In this document: positions 1-10,358 of the stretch, in pieces
Position numbering within the stretch: the stretch's first letter is position 1
How the letters are laid out: the number at the start of each line of letters is the position of its first letter
Source: Syntrophales bacterium
GTDB lineage: Bacteria; Desulfobacterota; Syntrophia; Syntrophales; UBA4778
Length of the DNA: 64,000 nucleotides
Assembly (NCBI GenBank): GCA_963665615.2
Contig: CAXXQE010000006.1
Coordinates: 434,001 to 498,000, forward strand
Direction of reading: 5' to 3'
Notes under the pieces: model-generated
Told to the model about the DNA's origin: nothing
The model's database searches: none
Seen by the model: only the letters and a program-made list of their open reading frames with translations
Made by a program: the position numbers and the translations under genes

Positions 1-1
1 T

Positions 2-1878
<1,877 letters not shown>

Positions 1879-1882
<4 letters not shown>

Positions 1883-1972
1883 ATAGTAAATAGCAAAAAG
1901 TGACGAGTGACAAGTCACAGGTGACGGGCGAAAAAGCAGACGTTAAGAAGCTGAGGGGTTGAGAAGTCGGGG
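1879..1972 (+). repeat. Degenerate 7-mer (AGTGAAT/AGTAAAT; GTGACGA/GTGACAA) and 8-mer (TTGAGAAG-like) tandem arrays
   Basis: gtgaatagtaaatag...gtgacgagtgacaagtcacaggtgacggg...gttaagaagctgaggggttgagaag; overlaps nadE stop. Confidence 0.8.
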
Positions 1973-2109
1973 GTATTGAGAGCTTACTCAGATTTTTATC
2001 ACGAGACGAAGTTTTCTTAACAGTTGGTAAAAAGACAATCGCAAGGCGATCGCTTCCTGAAAGCGACTGACTTGATTTTTTTGGAGCATGCACTGTTTCA
2101 ATAGGGATT

Positions 2110-2328
2110 ATGATGAACGCATTGCCAAATCACACCTGCCCTTTATGCGGCCAGCCAAATGATTGCGCAGCAGCAAAATATGGAAGACTGGATGTCGATT
2201 GCTGGTGCAGCACTGCGACTTTCAATCCGGCATCGCTTGCACTCGTCCCCCCGGAATTGCGCAATAAAGCTTGCTTGTGCAAGCAATGCGCAGCAGCACC
2301 ACCTCCCAACATTGGCAGCGCTGATTAA
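2110..2328 (+). CDS. Cysteine-rich CWC family protein
   Basis: CPLCGQPNDC...CWC...CLCKQC pattern. Confidence 0.8.
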   Translation: MMNALPNHTCPLCGQPNDCAAAKYGRLDVDCWCSTATFNPASLALVPPELRNKACLCKQCAAAPPPNIGSAD

Positions 2329-2423
2329 CGTCTTTTACGATTATTAACCGTAGCATTTTTATTTGTTTGGTAGGGTGATCGTGCTTGCTCCTGTGATTAA
2401 TATGTTTGATGACTTCTTATAGC

Positions 2424-2452
2424 CTGTCACTTGGCACTCGTTACTCGTCACT
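2424..2452 (-). repeat. 7-mer array, inverted orientation (TGTCACT/CGTTACT/CGTCACT)
   Basis: ctgtcacttggcactcgttactcgtcact; complementary to the array at 1899-1930. Confidence 0.75.
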
Positions 2453-2481
2453 GCTGATTGCCGGCGGAGCCGGCAATCAGC
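2453..2481. terminator. Perfect 13-bp hairpin at 3' end of the HNH gene
   Basis: gctgattgccggc-gga-gccggcaatcagc. Confidence 0.55.
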
Positions 2482-2966
2482 TATTTTTTCTGCTTCATCG
2501 CCTCCGCCAGCTTCGCCCCCAGACTGCCGAGGCCACTGGCTTGAGGCTTCTTATCGGCATAAACCACGGTGCTTTCCTTGCCGCTGCCCTGCGTGCTATC
2601 CATATAATCCCCGAGCAGTTCACGGCTGTGAACGTCCTCATGGCAATAGGCGCAGAGGTTTTCCCAGTTGCTGCCGTCAGGCGGGTTGTTGTCGTGGTTG
2701 CCGTCCTTATGATGAACGGTCAGCAGGTGCCGATTGGTATGATCGAACTCCCGCGCGCATCTCGCGCAGATGAGGCCGTGAATGGCGAGCGACCGCTCCC
2801 GATACGCCTCGTCGGCGACTGTCCGCGTATTCGCCTTCATCTCGCGAACCACGTCCTCGATCGATCGCGCCGGCGTATCGGTCTTGTTATCCTTGACCAC
2901 TGTCGATTTAACGCGCCCGCCTTTGCTGCCGAATGTGACTCTGCCCACTGCCACTGCTCCTTTCAT
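2481..2966 (-). CDS. YajD-family HNH nuclease (true start may be a GTG near 2954/2948)
   Basis: CARCAREF...LTVHHKDGNHDNNPPDGSNWENLCAYCHEDVH matches YajD-type HNH. Confidence 0.85.
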   Translation of the reverse strand: MKGAVAVGRVTFGSKGGRVKSTVVKDNKTDTPARSIEDVVREMKANTRTVADEAYRERSLAIHGLICARCAREFDHTNRHLLTVHHKDGNHDNNPPDGSNWENLCAYCHEDVHSRELLGDYMDSTQGSGKESTVVYADKKPQASGLGSLGAKLAEAMKQKK

Positions 2967-3033
2967 CCAAGATTATATCTTCTCCATTACCGAAGACGAA
3001 AAGAAAAATCAAGCACAGGAACAGAACCCCGCC

Positions 3034-3066
3034 CAACGTCTCAACCTCTCAGCTTCTCAACTTCCC
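3034..3066 (-). repeat. 8-mer array (TCTCAACC/TCTCAGCT/TCTCAACT)
   Basis: caacgtctcaacctctcagcttctcaacttccc. Confidence 0.7.
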
Positions 3067-3175
3067 GGTCCGCAACATTGCGGACCTTCGGCGGGAGGCG
3101 GCGGGAAAGACATTGTATTTTCCCGTCCGATCCTCTATGGTGTCTTATCAAATCCAATCATGGAGCGCTTTGCGT

Positions 3176-3925
3176 ATGATTCGAAAAGCCCTGAAGTGTC
3201 TTGTCGCGGTTGCCGTCCTGCTGGCCTGGACCGGTTCAGCCGCCGCAGTTTCACCCGAGGCGTCGTTCAAGAAAGACCACCCCAATATCTCCTGCAAGAG
3301 CCTGCGTCGCTCAGCTATTGCAGGCCTGTATGAAGTGGAGTTGTCGGATGGTCGCGTCATCTACTACGCGCCAGCTACAGGGCACGTTTTAGTAGGCAAC
3401 ATGATAACCAAAAGCGGCCAAAATCTGACCCGCCAGCGGGAAGAAGCCATCGTTGTCCAAAAGGTCAAGGCCATCCCTCTGGATCGGGGTCTGAAATTGG
3501 GAATGGGCCCCCATACGGTCATTGAATTCACAGATCCGGATTGCCCCTTCTGCCGTCAGGCATCAAAGTTTCTGGCGAGCCGGACGGACATAACCCGCTA
3601 TGTGTTTTTCGTGCCTCTCCCCATGCATCCGAATGCCCCGGCGAAGATCCGCTATATTCACTGTTCGTCGGATAAAGCCAAGGCTTACGAGGAGGCGATG
3701 ACGGGAAAGCTCGATGAAATGAAATTCGAAGCCTGTAAAGGCCCGGCTGTGGACAAAGCCATAAAGGATCAGGAGGAGGTCGTAACCAAGACGGGCATCT
3801 CCTCAACCCCGATCTTTTTTATTGATGGGACGCTCGTACAAGGCGCCGATATTCAGAAAATGCAGGCCTTGCTGACGCCGCCCCCTGACGCGCCCGCGGC
3901 GCCGAAGAATCTGAATGTAAAATAG
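3176..3925 (+). CDS. dsbC: DsbC-family thiol:disulfide isomerase
   Basis: Signal peptide; GLYEV dimerisation domain; FTDPDCPFC; cis-Pro motif STP. Confidence 0.85.
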   Translation: MIRKALKCLVAVAVLLAWTGSAAAVSPEASFKKDHPNISCKSLRRSAIAGLYEVELSDGRVIYYAPATGHVLVGNMITKSGQNLTRQREEAIVVQKVKAIPLDRGLKLGMGPHTVIEFTDPDCPFCRQASKFLASRTDITRYVFFVPLPMHPNAPAKIRYIHCSSDKAKAYEEAMTGKLDEMKFEACKGPAVDKAIKDQEEVVTKTGISSTPIFFIDGTLVQGADIQKMQALLTPPPDAPAAPKNLNVK

Positions 3926-3950
3926 GGAACGGTAGATACGACTAAATCAT

Positions 3951-3980
3951 GGGCGCGATCTATCGATCCGCCCCTTTCTC
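3951..3980 (+). terminator. Possible intrinsic terminator after dsbC
   Basis: gggcgcgatc-tatc-gatccgccc followed by T-rich run. Confidence 0.4.
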
Positions 3981-4071
3981 TCATTAGCCCGGCTTTTTAG
4001 CATTTCCGACACCTGATATCGGATCGGGGGAAATTGTTTTGCTCCGTTTTTCACCTCTCACTCGTGCCGGT

Positions 4072-4380
4072 TCGGTAAAAAGTAAAATCACGACGCCATC
4101 ATAAAGCAAGAGGATGGCGGGATGGGTCTCGAACGCGAATCCGGTAGCGAGCGCATTCCCCCGCAGCTTGCGGCGGGGGAAGCGAGCGAATCATGTCCGA
4201 ATTTTTTCCTTGGGGATCGGAGATTCGCCGGAGCTTGCTCCGGTGAGTCTTCAATCAAAGATTTTTCCGGCCCGACGGTATAGGCAATCCGGCGCCGAAC
4301 ATGACGGAAAAAGATTTCTGAGCGGCAGAGATCCGTGCCGCCATCCGCTTCTCATACTTCAAGTCGTGACTTTTTACGAG
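4072..4380. mobile_element. MITE-like element family A, copy 1, carrying a 115-bp nested insertion
   Basis: Near-identical to 10170-10358 apart from insert 4141-4255; imperfect inverted ends (gtaaaaagt...actttttac). Confidence 0.75.
4136..4255 (-). mobile_element. REP/MITE-like palindromic element family B nested in family A
   Basis: Shares GCGAGCGCATTCC, GCAGCTTGC, AGCGAGCGAATCATG and terminal TTCAA with other copies in window. Confidence 0.75.
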
Positions 4381-4417
4381 GCTATCACTCGCTACCCGTC
4401 ACTGAAACGCCAGCCGC

Positions 4418-5368
4418 CTACAGCTGATCGACCCGCAACCCTTTGTCTCGAAGCAACTTCAGAACGCTCTTTTCTCCGACCAGATGGGCCGCGCCGATAA
4501 TGACGAAGCAGTCTTCTTGGGTCTTCATGATTTGTTCAATTCGATCCGCCATGACGCGGTTGCGATCATAGAGGATTTTGACGGCAACCGTTTCGAGATC
4601 AGGAACACTCTTGAAGCCCTTTGTCGTGATCGCTTCCAAGGCCGCTGTGTCACCGGTTTTCCAGGCATCCACAAGGGCGTCGGCCTCCTTGACGGCAACC
4701 TCCAGATCGTTGAGCGTATAGCGCAGGAGGGCCTCCTGCTGAAGCGCCGTCAACTCCGCCAGCATCTTCATCTGTGCGTCGAAACTCTCGAGTTCGATGA
4801 CCCGCTTGCGATTTGCAGCTGTCGTCAGAAAGTGCAGATCGATCCCGTAACGGGGATCGTACCCTGCCTTAATCAGCGCAATCGACGGCAACGAAGCCGC
4901 CAGAAACCAGGGTTTCTGGCGTTTGATCCAGTCGATGCCCAATCCCAGGCCCTGCGCGCCTTTGGCCACCTGTTCCATCGTCTGAACAGAGATGTGTTTA
5001 TCCAGCGCATCCCCTTCCGGATAGAAGGCTTCCGCCATCAGCTTTTGAAGCCCCTCCGGCGTAACGCCATTCAGATCGACCTCGACCGCAACGGCCGCTG
5101 ACTGCTCGAAGGCGTTTTCGATCATCCGGCTCAAGGGATAGTGCTCCGGCTTCATCAGATGGATGGAGCCGAGGACAAAACAGGAGGCGGTCTTTGATTG
5201 AACGCGCCAGAGAAAATGCCGGTCCTGCGCAAAGGCAGCGGCGGTCTGGATCAGCATGACACAGACCAGCAGCGCGATCAGGACGGGGAATCGTTTGGTC
5301 CTGATTCGCTCGCTTGCGCCGCGGCAAGCGACGAGCAATGCGCTCGCTGAAGAATTCAATCGAATCAT
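4418..5368 (-). CDS. TraB/GumN family protein
   Basis: FLWRV...VLGSIH, GIDLHF, ELES, RNRVMADRI, IGAAHLVGE motifs; GGAGGT RBS. Confidence 0.9.
   Translation of the reverse strand: MIRLNSSASALLVACRGASERIRTKRFPVLIALLVCVMLIQTAAAFAQDRHFLWRVQSKTASCFVLGSIHLMKPEHYPLSRMIENAFEQSAAVAVEVDLNGVTPEGLQKLMAEAFYPEGDALDKHISVQTMEQVAKGAQGLGLGIDWIKRQKPWFLAASLPSIALIKAGYDPRYGIDLHFLTTAANRKRVIELESFDAQMKMLAELTALQQEALLRYTLNDLEVAVKEADALVDAWKTGDTAALEAITTKGFKSVPDLETVAVKILYDRNRVMADRIEQIMKTQEDCFVIIGAAHLVGEKSVLKLLRDKGLRVDQL
5285..5359 (+). repeat. Family B element fragment inside the 5' coding region of the TraB/GumN gene
   Basis: gattcgctcgcttgcgccgcggcaagcgacgagcaatgcgctcgctgaagaattcaa. Confidence 0.7.
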
Positions 5369-5476
5369 AGCACCTCCCCCTAAAACTCCGGCAGCATGGT
5401 GTGAACGTTATGGCTTTGCGATTAAAGCTATCAAAGATCCTATGATACAGATGTGGCCGGGATCACTTTTAAATTT

Positions 5477-5839
5477 TTAATCGCCGGAGCAATACTCCGG
5501 CAAACAGGACTGTGCAAACGATATAAAATCACTTTTTATCAGGCCCACGCCACGCCGTCCCGCCAGCACCTTGGCAAGACGACCGGCCTCAAAAAACAAA
5601 ACGGTCGGCACGACATCGATATTGTAATGATCCGACATCGTTTCCCCGTCGTCGCGGACCATCAGAAAATGCCGCGGACCACGTTGCGCTTCCGCCTCGA
5701 AGACCGGCAGAAACGCTCGACAAAACGGACACCAGCTTGCATAAAACAGGGCGAGCACTTTTTCGCCTGTCTTTATTGTCTGATCGAGATCCCCCAGGGT
5801 CGCGACCTCTCGACAGAACGCTTTTGCCGACGACACCAT
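5477..5839 (-). CDS. Thioredoxin family protein
   Basis: FYASWCPFC, VVPTVLFF; GGAGG RBS before ATG 5839. Confidence 0.85.
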   Translation of the reverse strand: MVSSAKAFCREVATLGDLDQTIKTGEKVLALFYASWCPFCRAFLPVFEAEAQRGPRHFLMVRDDGETMSDHYNIDVVPTVLFFEAGRLAKVLAGRRGVGLIKSDFISFAQSCLPEYCSGD

Positions 5840-5858
5840 GGCCCCTCCGCTACAGCTG

Positions 5859-6017
5859 TTATTCAGGTGAAAACTCGCTTTTGGCCGCGCCACAAACCGG
5901 GCAGACCCAATCCTCAGGCAAATCGGCAAAAGGCGTCCCCGGGGCGATTCCGCCATCGCTATCACCCGCAGTCGGATCGTAAACATACCCGCAGATATCG
6001 CACACGTATTTTTCCAT
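5859..6017 (-). CDS. rub: Rubredoxin (52 aa; not in ORF track)
   Basis: Manual translation [52 protein letters not shown]; two CxxC motifs; GGAGGAG RBS. Confidence 0.97.
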   Translation of the reverse strand: MEKYVCDICGYVYDPTAGDSDGGIAPGTPFADLPEDWVCPVCGAAKSEFSPE

Positions 6018-6080
6018 GACTCGCTCCTCCTTATTTTATTCTCTCAACGTCTTAGCTTCTGAACGTCCGTCTTTTACCTG

Positions 6081-7301
6081 TCACTTCAGACGCTCGAGCA
6101 GCCGGGCCGCAACAGCGCACCCTAAATCGTGACATTTCTCCAGCACCGTCTCGTCGGGAACGTGTTTGCAGGAAACTGTCTCGGATGCAATCTCGACCTT
6201 CATGTCCTTGAGGATCGCCTCGAGATCCCGGACCGATTCGCCGCTCCAGCCGTACGATCCAAAGGCGGCGCCTACCAGATTCGCCGGTTTGAGCCCCTTC
6301 AGATAGGTCATGACATCCGCCATTTGCGGCAGAAGATTGTTATTCAGGGTCGGCGATCCCACGACGAGCGCGCCCGCTTCCAAGATCTCATAGGCGACTT
6401 CGCTGCGGTGCGACTCATTCATCGATATCAGTTTGACGCGAAGCCCCGCCTGCGCCATTGCCTCGGCAATCGCACGCGCCATCTTCTCTGTGGAGTGCCA
6501 CATCGTAGCGTAAACGACCACGGCCTTTGGCTCCGGTTTCTGAAGCGCCCATTTCTGATAGTAACCCAGGATCACGCCGAGATCCTTCCGCCAGACCGGA
6601 CCGTGATCGGGCGCGATCGTCTTGATACTCAAGCCCAACGCCAGAACCCGGTCGAGAGCCTTCAGAACGATCGGAGAATAGGGCAGCACGATATTGCCAT
6701 AGTATGTGGCCGCTTCATAGGCCAGAATATCGGCCGGAATCTCGTCTGCAAAACGTTCCTGCGTTGCCAGGTGCATGCCGAAGGCATCCTGCGAAAAGAG
6801 CAATTCGTCCTGTTTCAGGTAACTGAACATCGAATCGGGCCAGTGGATCATCCGCGTTTCGAGGAAGATCAGATCCAGATTGCCGAGGCTCAACGTCTCG
6901 CCATCCTTCACAGGGGTTATCTCGAGAGACTCGGGATACAGGCCCAACTCTCTGAGCGTCTTGGCGCCGATCGCTGATGCAAAGACCTTCTCGGGTTTGA
7001 CTAATGTCACCACGTCGCGCAACGCGCCGGAGTGATCCAACTCCGAGTGGTTGGATACGACATAGTCGATCCTGGAAGGGTCAATCAGCGACCGAATGCG
7101 CTGAAGCATCTCTTCACGGTACGGCGCCTTGACCACGTCAATCAAAGTGATCTTATCGGCCAGGATCAAGAAGGCATTATAGGTGCTGCCACGCGGGGTG
7201 GTGTATCCGTGAAAATCCCGGATATTCCAATCGATCGCCCCCACCCAGTAAACATGCTCACTAACTCTTACTGCTGAAAAGATATTTTTCATTCTGTTCA
7301 C
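6081..7301 (-). CDS. fprA: FprA-family flavodiiron protein (rubredoxin:O2/NO oxidoreductase)
   Basis: GSTYNAFLI, NHSELDHSG, HWPDSMF, PDHG, C-terminal flavodoxin with GSYGWSGE. Confidence 0.93.
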   Translation of the reverse strand: MNRMKNIFSAVRVSEHVYWVGAIDWNIRDFHGYTTPRGSTYNAFLILADKITLIDVVKAPYREEMLQRIRSLIDPSRIDYVVSNHSELDHSGALRDVVTLVKPEKVFASAIGAKTLRELGLYPESLEITPVKDGETLSLGNLDLIFLETRMIHWPDSMFSYLKQDELLFSQDAFGMHLATQERFADEIPADILAYEAATYYGNIVLPYSPIVLKALDRVLALGLSIKTIAPDHGPVWRKDLGVILGYYQKWALQKPEPKAVVVYATMWHSTEKMARAIAEAMAQAGLRVKLISMNESHRSEVAYEILEAGALVVGSPTLNNNLLPQMADVMTYLKGLKPANLVGAAFGSYGWSGESVRDLEAILKDMKVEIASETVSCKHVPDETVLEKCHDLGCAVAARLLERLK

Positions 7302-7497
7302 CCTGCATCCTCATGCGAAAATTTTCGTATCATTCTCTCGGGATTCACAATCTGTCCGGATGCGAGTATTTAACTTGGAAAGAAAGTTCCTGTCAAATCC
7401 CTTTCTCAAGGGCCGATCGGAGGTAGAATCTCCCCTGGTCGCGTCTGAAAACCGACTACGGCATCGGGTGTCAAGATCATGTGCCCTGCTTGATTGC

Positions 7498-9028
7498 CTA
7501 CTCGACGTCCTTTCCGGGCCTGTTCCTCCGCTTGCGCAACCGGTGACTCTTAAAGAGAAGCACACCGCCCATCCAGATCAGGAAAAGGGACATGGGATAG
7601 ACGAGGATATGGGGTTGGAAAACAAACAGCGCCGCCAATAGCAGGAAGCAGCCCCCTGCTGCGGCCATCAGGCGGCCCTCCATCGGTTCCAAAATGCGCC
7701 GATCGGTAAAGGCAGCTCCAACCGCGTAACCGATCCGAACGGCGCCGGCCGCGGCGCGCCCGACCTGCCCTGCGCTGCCGATCATCGTCCGCCGTACACC
7801 ACGCCGGGGCTGGCTGGGCGCTCGAACCTTTTGTTTCGCGTCCAGCACGAGTTCCGTCGCGTTCGTCAGATCCTCCAGGAACATGTCCTCCACGGATTGT
7901 GCAAAGGCCTCATCCTCCACAACGATATCCAGTTCGCAGTTTCCCAGCCAGCTGGCGATGTTGAGGTTCGTCGAACCGACACGCGCCCATAGACCGTCGG
8001 CAACGGCGGTTTTGGCGTGCAGCATCGTCCCGTTCCACTCGAAGATGCGCACCCCTGCTTCCAGCAGCGGCCGGTATCCAGTCCTTGACAGGGGGCGAAG
8101 CATCGGGATATCCGTTCCGTTCGGCACCAACAGGCGTACATCGACGCCATCCCTGGCCGCCGCCCGGAGCGCCTGCACATAGGCAGCCGTCCCGCCGTAA
8201 TATGCGTCGGTCAGCCACAGTCGCTTCCGGGCCATCGCGGTGATGAGCTGATCCAAACGATACATCCCTGCCATCGCCGGAACGCTTGCAACGACGCGCA
8301 GGTTCACCTCCCCTGCCGGAGGTGCGCCGTTTCTCCGTTTCAACGGTTCCTCGGGGATCGCCTCTCCGAGCATTGCCCAGACCTGGGCAAAGGCCTGTTC
8401 AATCTCAAAAACCGCATCCCCCCTCACTTCGACACCCGTATCGCGCCAAGGCTCCAGATTGCGGCGGCCGCCACCTTCCCACTGGCGACCAATACAGAGC
8501 CCCATCACAAAACCGACCTCGCCGTCGACCGCCAGCATTTTACGATGATCGCGAGACAGCCAGCCGATGGGACTATCCAGCCGCGGCGGGTTATAGCACC
8601 GCACCTCTACGCCCCCCGGCACGCAGATGATTCCAAAAACGACGCGGCGCCCTGCCCCATGCGCCCAGCCAGTCATAGATCAGGCGGACGCGCACCCCTT
8701 CCTGCGCCTTGGCGATCAACGCGTCTGCGAACCGTCGCCCTGTCTCGTCGTCGTAAATAATGTAACTCTCGAAGTGAATGTGATGTCGCGCAGCCGCAAT
8801 CGCATCCAGCCAGGCCGGATAGTTTTCCCGGGCGTCGCGAAGCAGCCGGATCCGGTTGCCGCCGATGAGCGGCGCGCCCGCTGCCCGAGAAAAGGCCCTG
8901 TCGGCCATGATGCGTATCTCATCCGACACGCGTCGCTCGGTGTGGTTCATACCCAGGGCGAAGTACTTCGTCGTTTTTTTCTTTCGATTTTTAAGTTTGC
9001 TTAAAGAGGCGCGCAGGTATCGTTTCAT
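7498..9028 (-). CDS. cls: Cardiolipin synthase / phospholipase D family, frameshifted near 8612-8617
   Basis: Two HKD motifs ([16 protein letters not shown]); N-terminal half in ORF 8591-9064, C-terminal half in 7498-8676; removing one G from the G6 run gives HLRAGGVEVR. Confidence 0.85.
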
Positions 9029-9081
9029 GCCGTCACACTTGTGGGGATGCTGATGCGAAAACACAAAGGGGAAATGTGAGC

Positions 9082-9109
9082 ACTATACCTGACTCCTCGA
9101 CAGGGTCAA
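9082..9109 (-). promoter_or_regulatory. Sigma70-like promoter of cls-like gene
   Basis: TTGACC-N16-TATAGT on minus strand. Confidence 0.5.
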
Positions 9110-9226
9110 GGCGTTTTTCCACCCATAACCGTTCCCGTTGAGAACCGAGATCGAATCTACTGAACACGCGGACGCCGTTGATCGGATGGAGGACTATGAA
9201 TACCTTTGTGACTTGCTACTTGTTTT

Positions 9227-9375
9227 GCGGGCTGTTGAAAAATACTCAGATGCAAGGCGACGTGCGGACCCGAGCAGCGGAGCATATATGGTAATGCGTA
9301 AGCACCGAAGGGCTGTGCGCGATCTCCGCCTGCGCGAGGACAGGCACAGCAGATGAGCGTTTTTGAACAGCCCGC
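9227..9375. mobile_element. MITE-like element family C (149 bp)
   Basis: Terminal inverted repeats gcgggctgttgaaaaa / tttttgaacagcccgc (15/16 match); no credible protein-coding content. Confidence 0.75.
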
Positions 9376-10061
9376 TAGGCCGGCGATAGAAACCAGAAGG
9401 TCCGTGCCGCATAGGCCCGGTATTCCGGGAAGACGCGCCCGAGTTTCTGCTCTTCCCAACGCGCGCGTAAAATTTGGATCACGACAAAAAGACAGAAAAG
9501 AACGGCATTACGCAGGGAGAACCGCCATAGCATCACGGCAGCGGCAGTCAAGATCTCCCCGAAATAGAGGGGGTGTCTGATCCAGCGGTAAGGGCCGCGC
9601 ATCACAAGACGGCGGGCCTCCACGGTAACGCTGAAAGACCCGCGCAGGGTCCAGAGCCCCCAGAGCGTAAAGGACGTTGCAAGGACCATGAAATAAAAGA
9701 GCGCCTTGACTATCAGCGGATGTTCAATAATCCAGGGGGCCGGAGTGGAAAAGAGCAGACCAAAGGGAAGGATCGCACCCAGCGGCGGAAGGGCGACCTC
9801 ACGAATGCCCCGAGACCGTTCGACCGGATCGACCCTTACGACATAGCTTACGATGAAGATCATGAAGATCAGGGTCTCAACAACCCAGAGGGGTTTGACG
9901 AGATAGTTGCCGAACTCCTGGAGACGGCAGATCAGAAAGACGATCAGAATCGCAATCGTCACGAAACGGATCCGCCGGTGAAGCAACTTCTCCGGAATCC
10001 ATCGCTCCATGAAACCGAACGGATCAAACACCTTTCTGGCCTTTTTCATCGACCTCGGCAT
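9375..10061 (-). CDS. Isoprenylcysteine carboxylmethyltransferase (ICMT/PEMT) family membrane protein
   Basis: TM helices; LVMRGPYRWIRHPLY, EEQKL...FPEYRAY. Confidence 0.85.
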   Translation of the reverse strand: MPRSMKKARKVFDPFGFMERWIPEKLLHRRIRFVTIAILIVFLICRLQEFGNYLVKPLWVVETLIFMIFIVSYVVRVDPVERSRGIREVALPPLGAILPFGLLFSTPAPWIIEHPLIVKALFYFMVLATSFTLWGLWTLRGSFSVTVEARRLVMRGPYRWIRHPLYFGEILTAAAVMLWRFSLRNAVLFCLFVVIQILRARWEEQKLGRVFPEYRAYAARTFWFLSPA

Positions 10062-10084
10062 TCCAATGTTCTGGCGATTAAACA

Positions 10085-10165
10085 GCGGCCAGCGCCGCAG
10101 TGACGAGTGACAGCAATGGGTGACCGGCTGACGATCTTTTTTAGCCCGTCACTTGTTACTCGTGA
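10085..10165. repeat. GCGGC-N4-GCCGC hairpin plus inverted pair of 7-mer arrays
   Basis: gcggccagcgccgcagtgacgagtgacag...cccgtcacttgttactcgtga. Confidence 0.7.
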
Positions 10166-10169
10166 TGGT

Positions 10170-10358
10170 CCCGCAAGAAGTTAAATCACGCGTCGATCAT
10201 AAAGCAAGAGGATGGCGGGATGGGTCTCGAACGCGAATCAAAGATTTTTCCGACCCGACGGGATAGGCAATCCGGCGCCGATCATGACGGAAAAAGATTT
10301 CTGAGCGGCAGAGAACCGTGCGCCATCCTCTTCTCATGCTTCAAGTCGTGACTTTTTT
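10170..10358. mobile_element. MITE-like element family A, copy 2 (without insertion)
   Basis: atcataaagcaagaggatggcgggatgggtctcgaacgcgaat|caaagatttttcc...aagtcgtgactttt shared with 4084-4375. Confidence 0.75.

Noticed and set aside
2481..2966. HNH nuclease as a defence or mobile-element marker
   Set aside because: YajD-type solitary chromosomal gene with no associated methylase, ATPase or phage genes.
4114..4500. ORFs 4114-4500, 9138-9356, 24092-24469 and 24291-24515
   Set aside because: They are translations of MITE/REP-like repeats.
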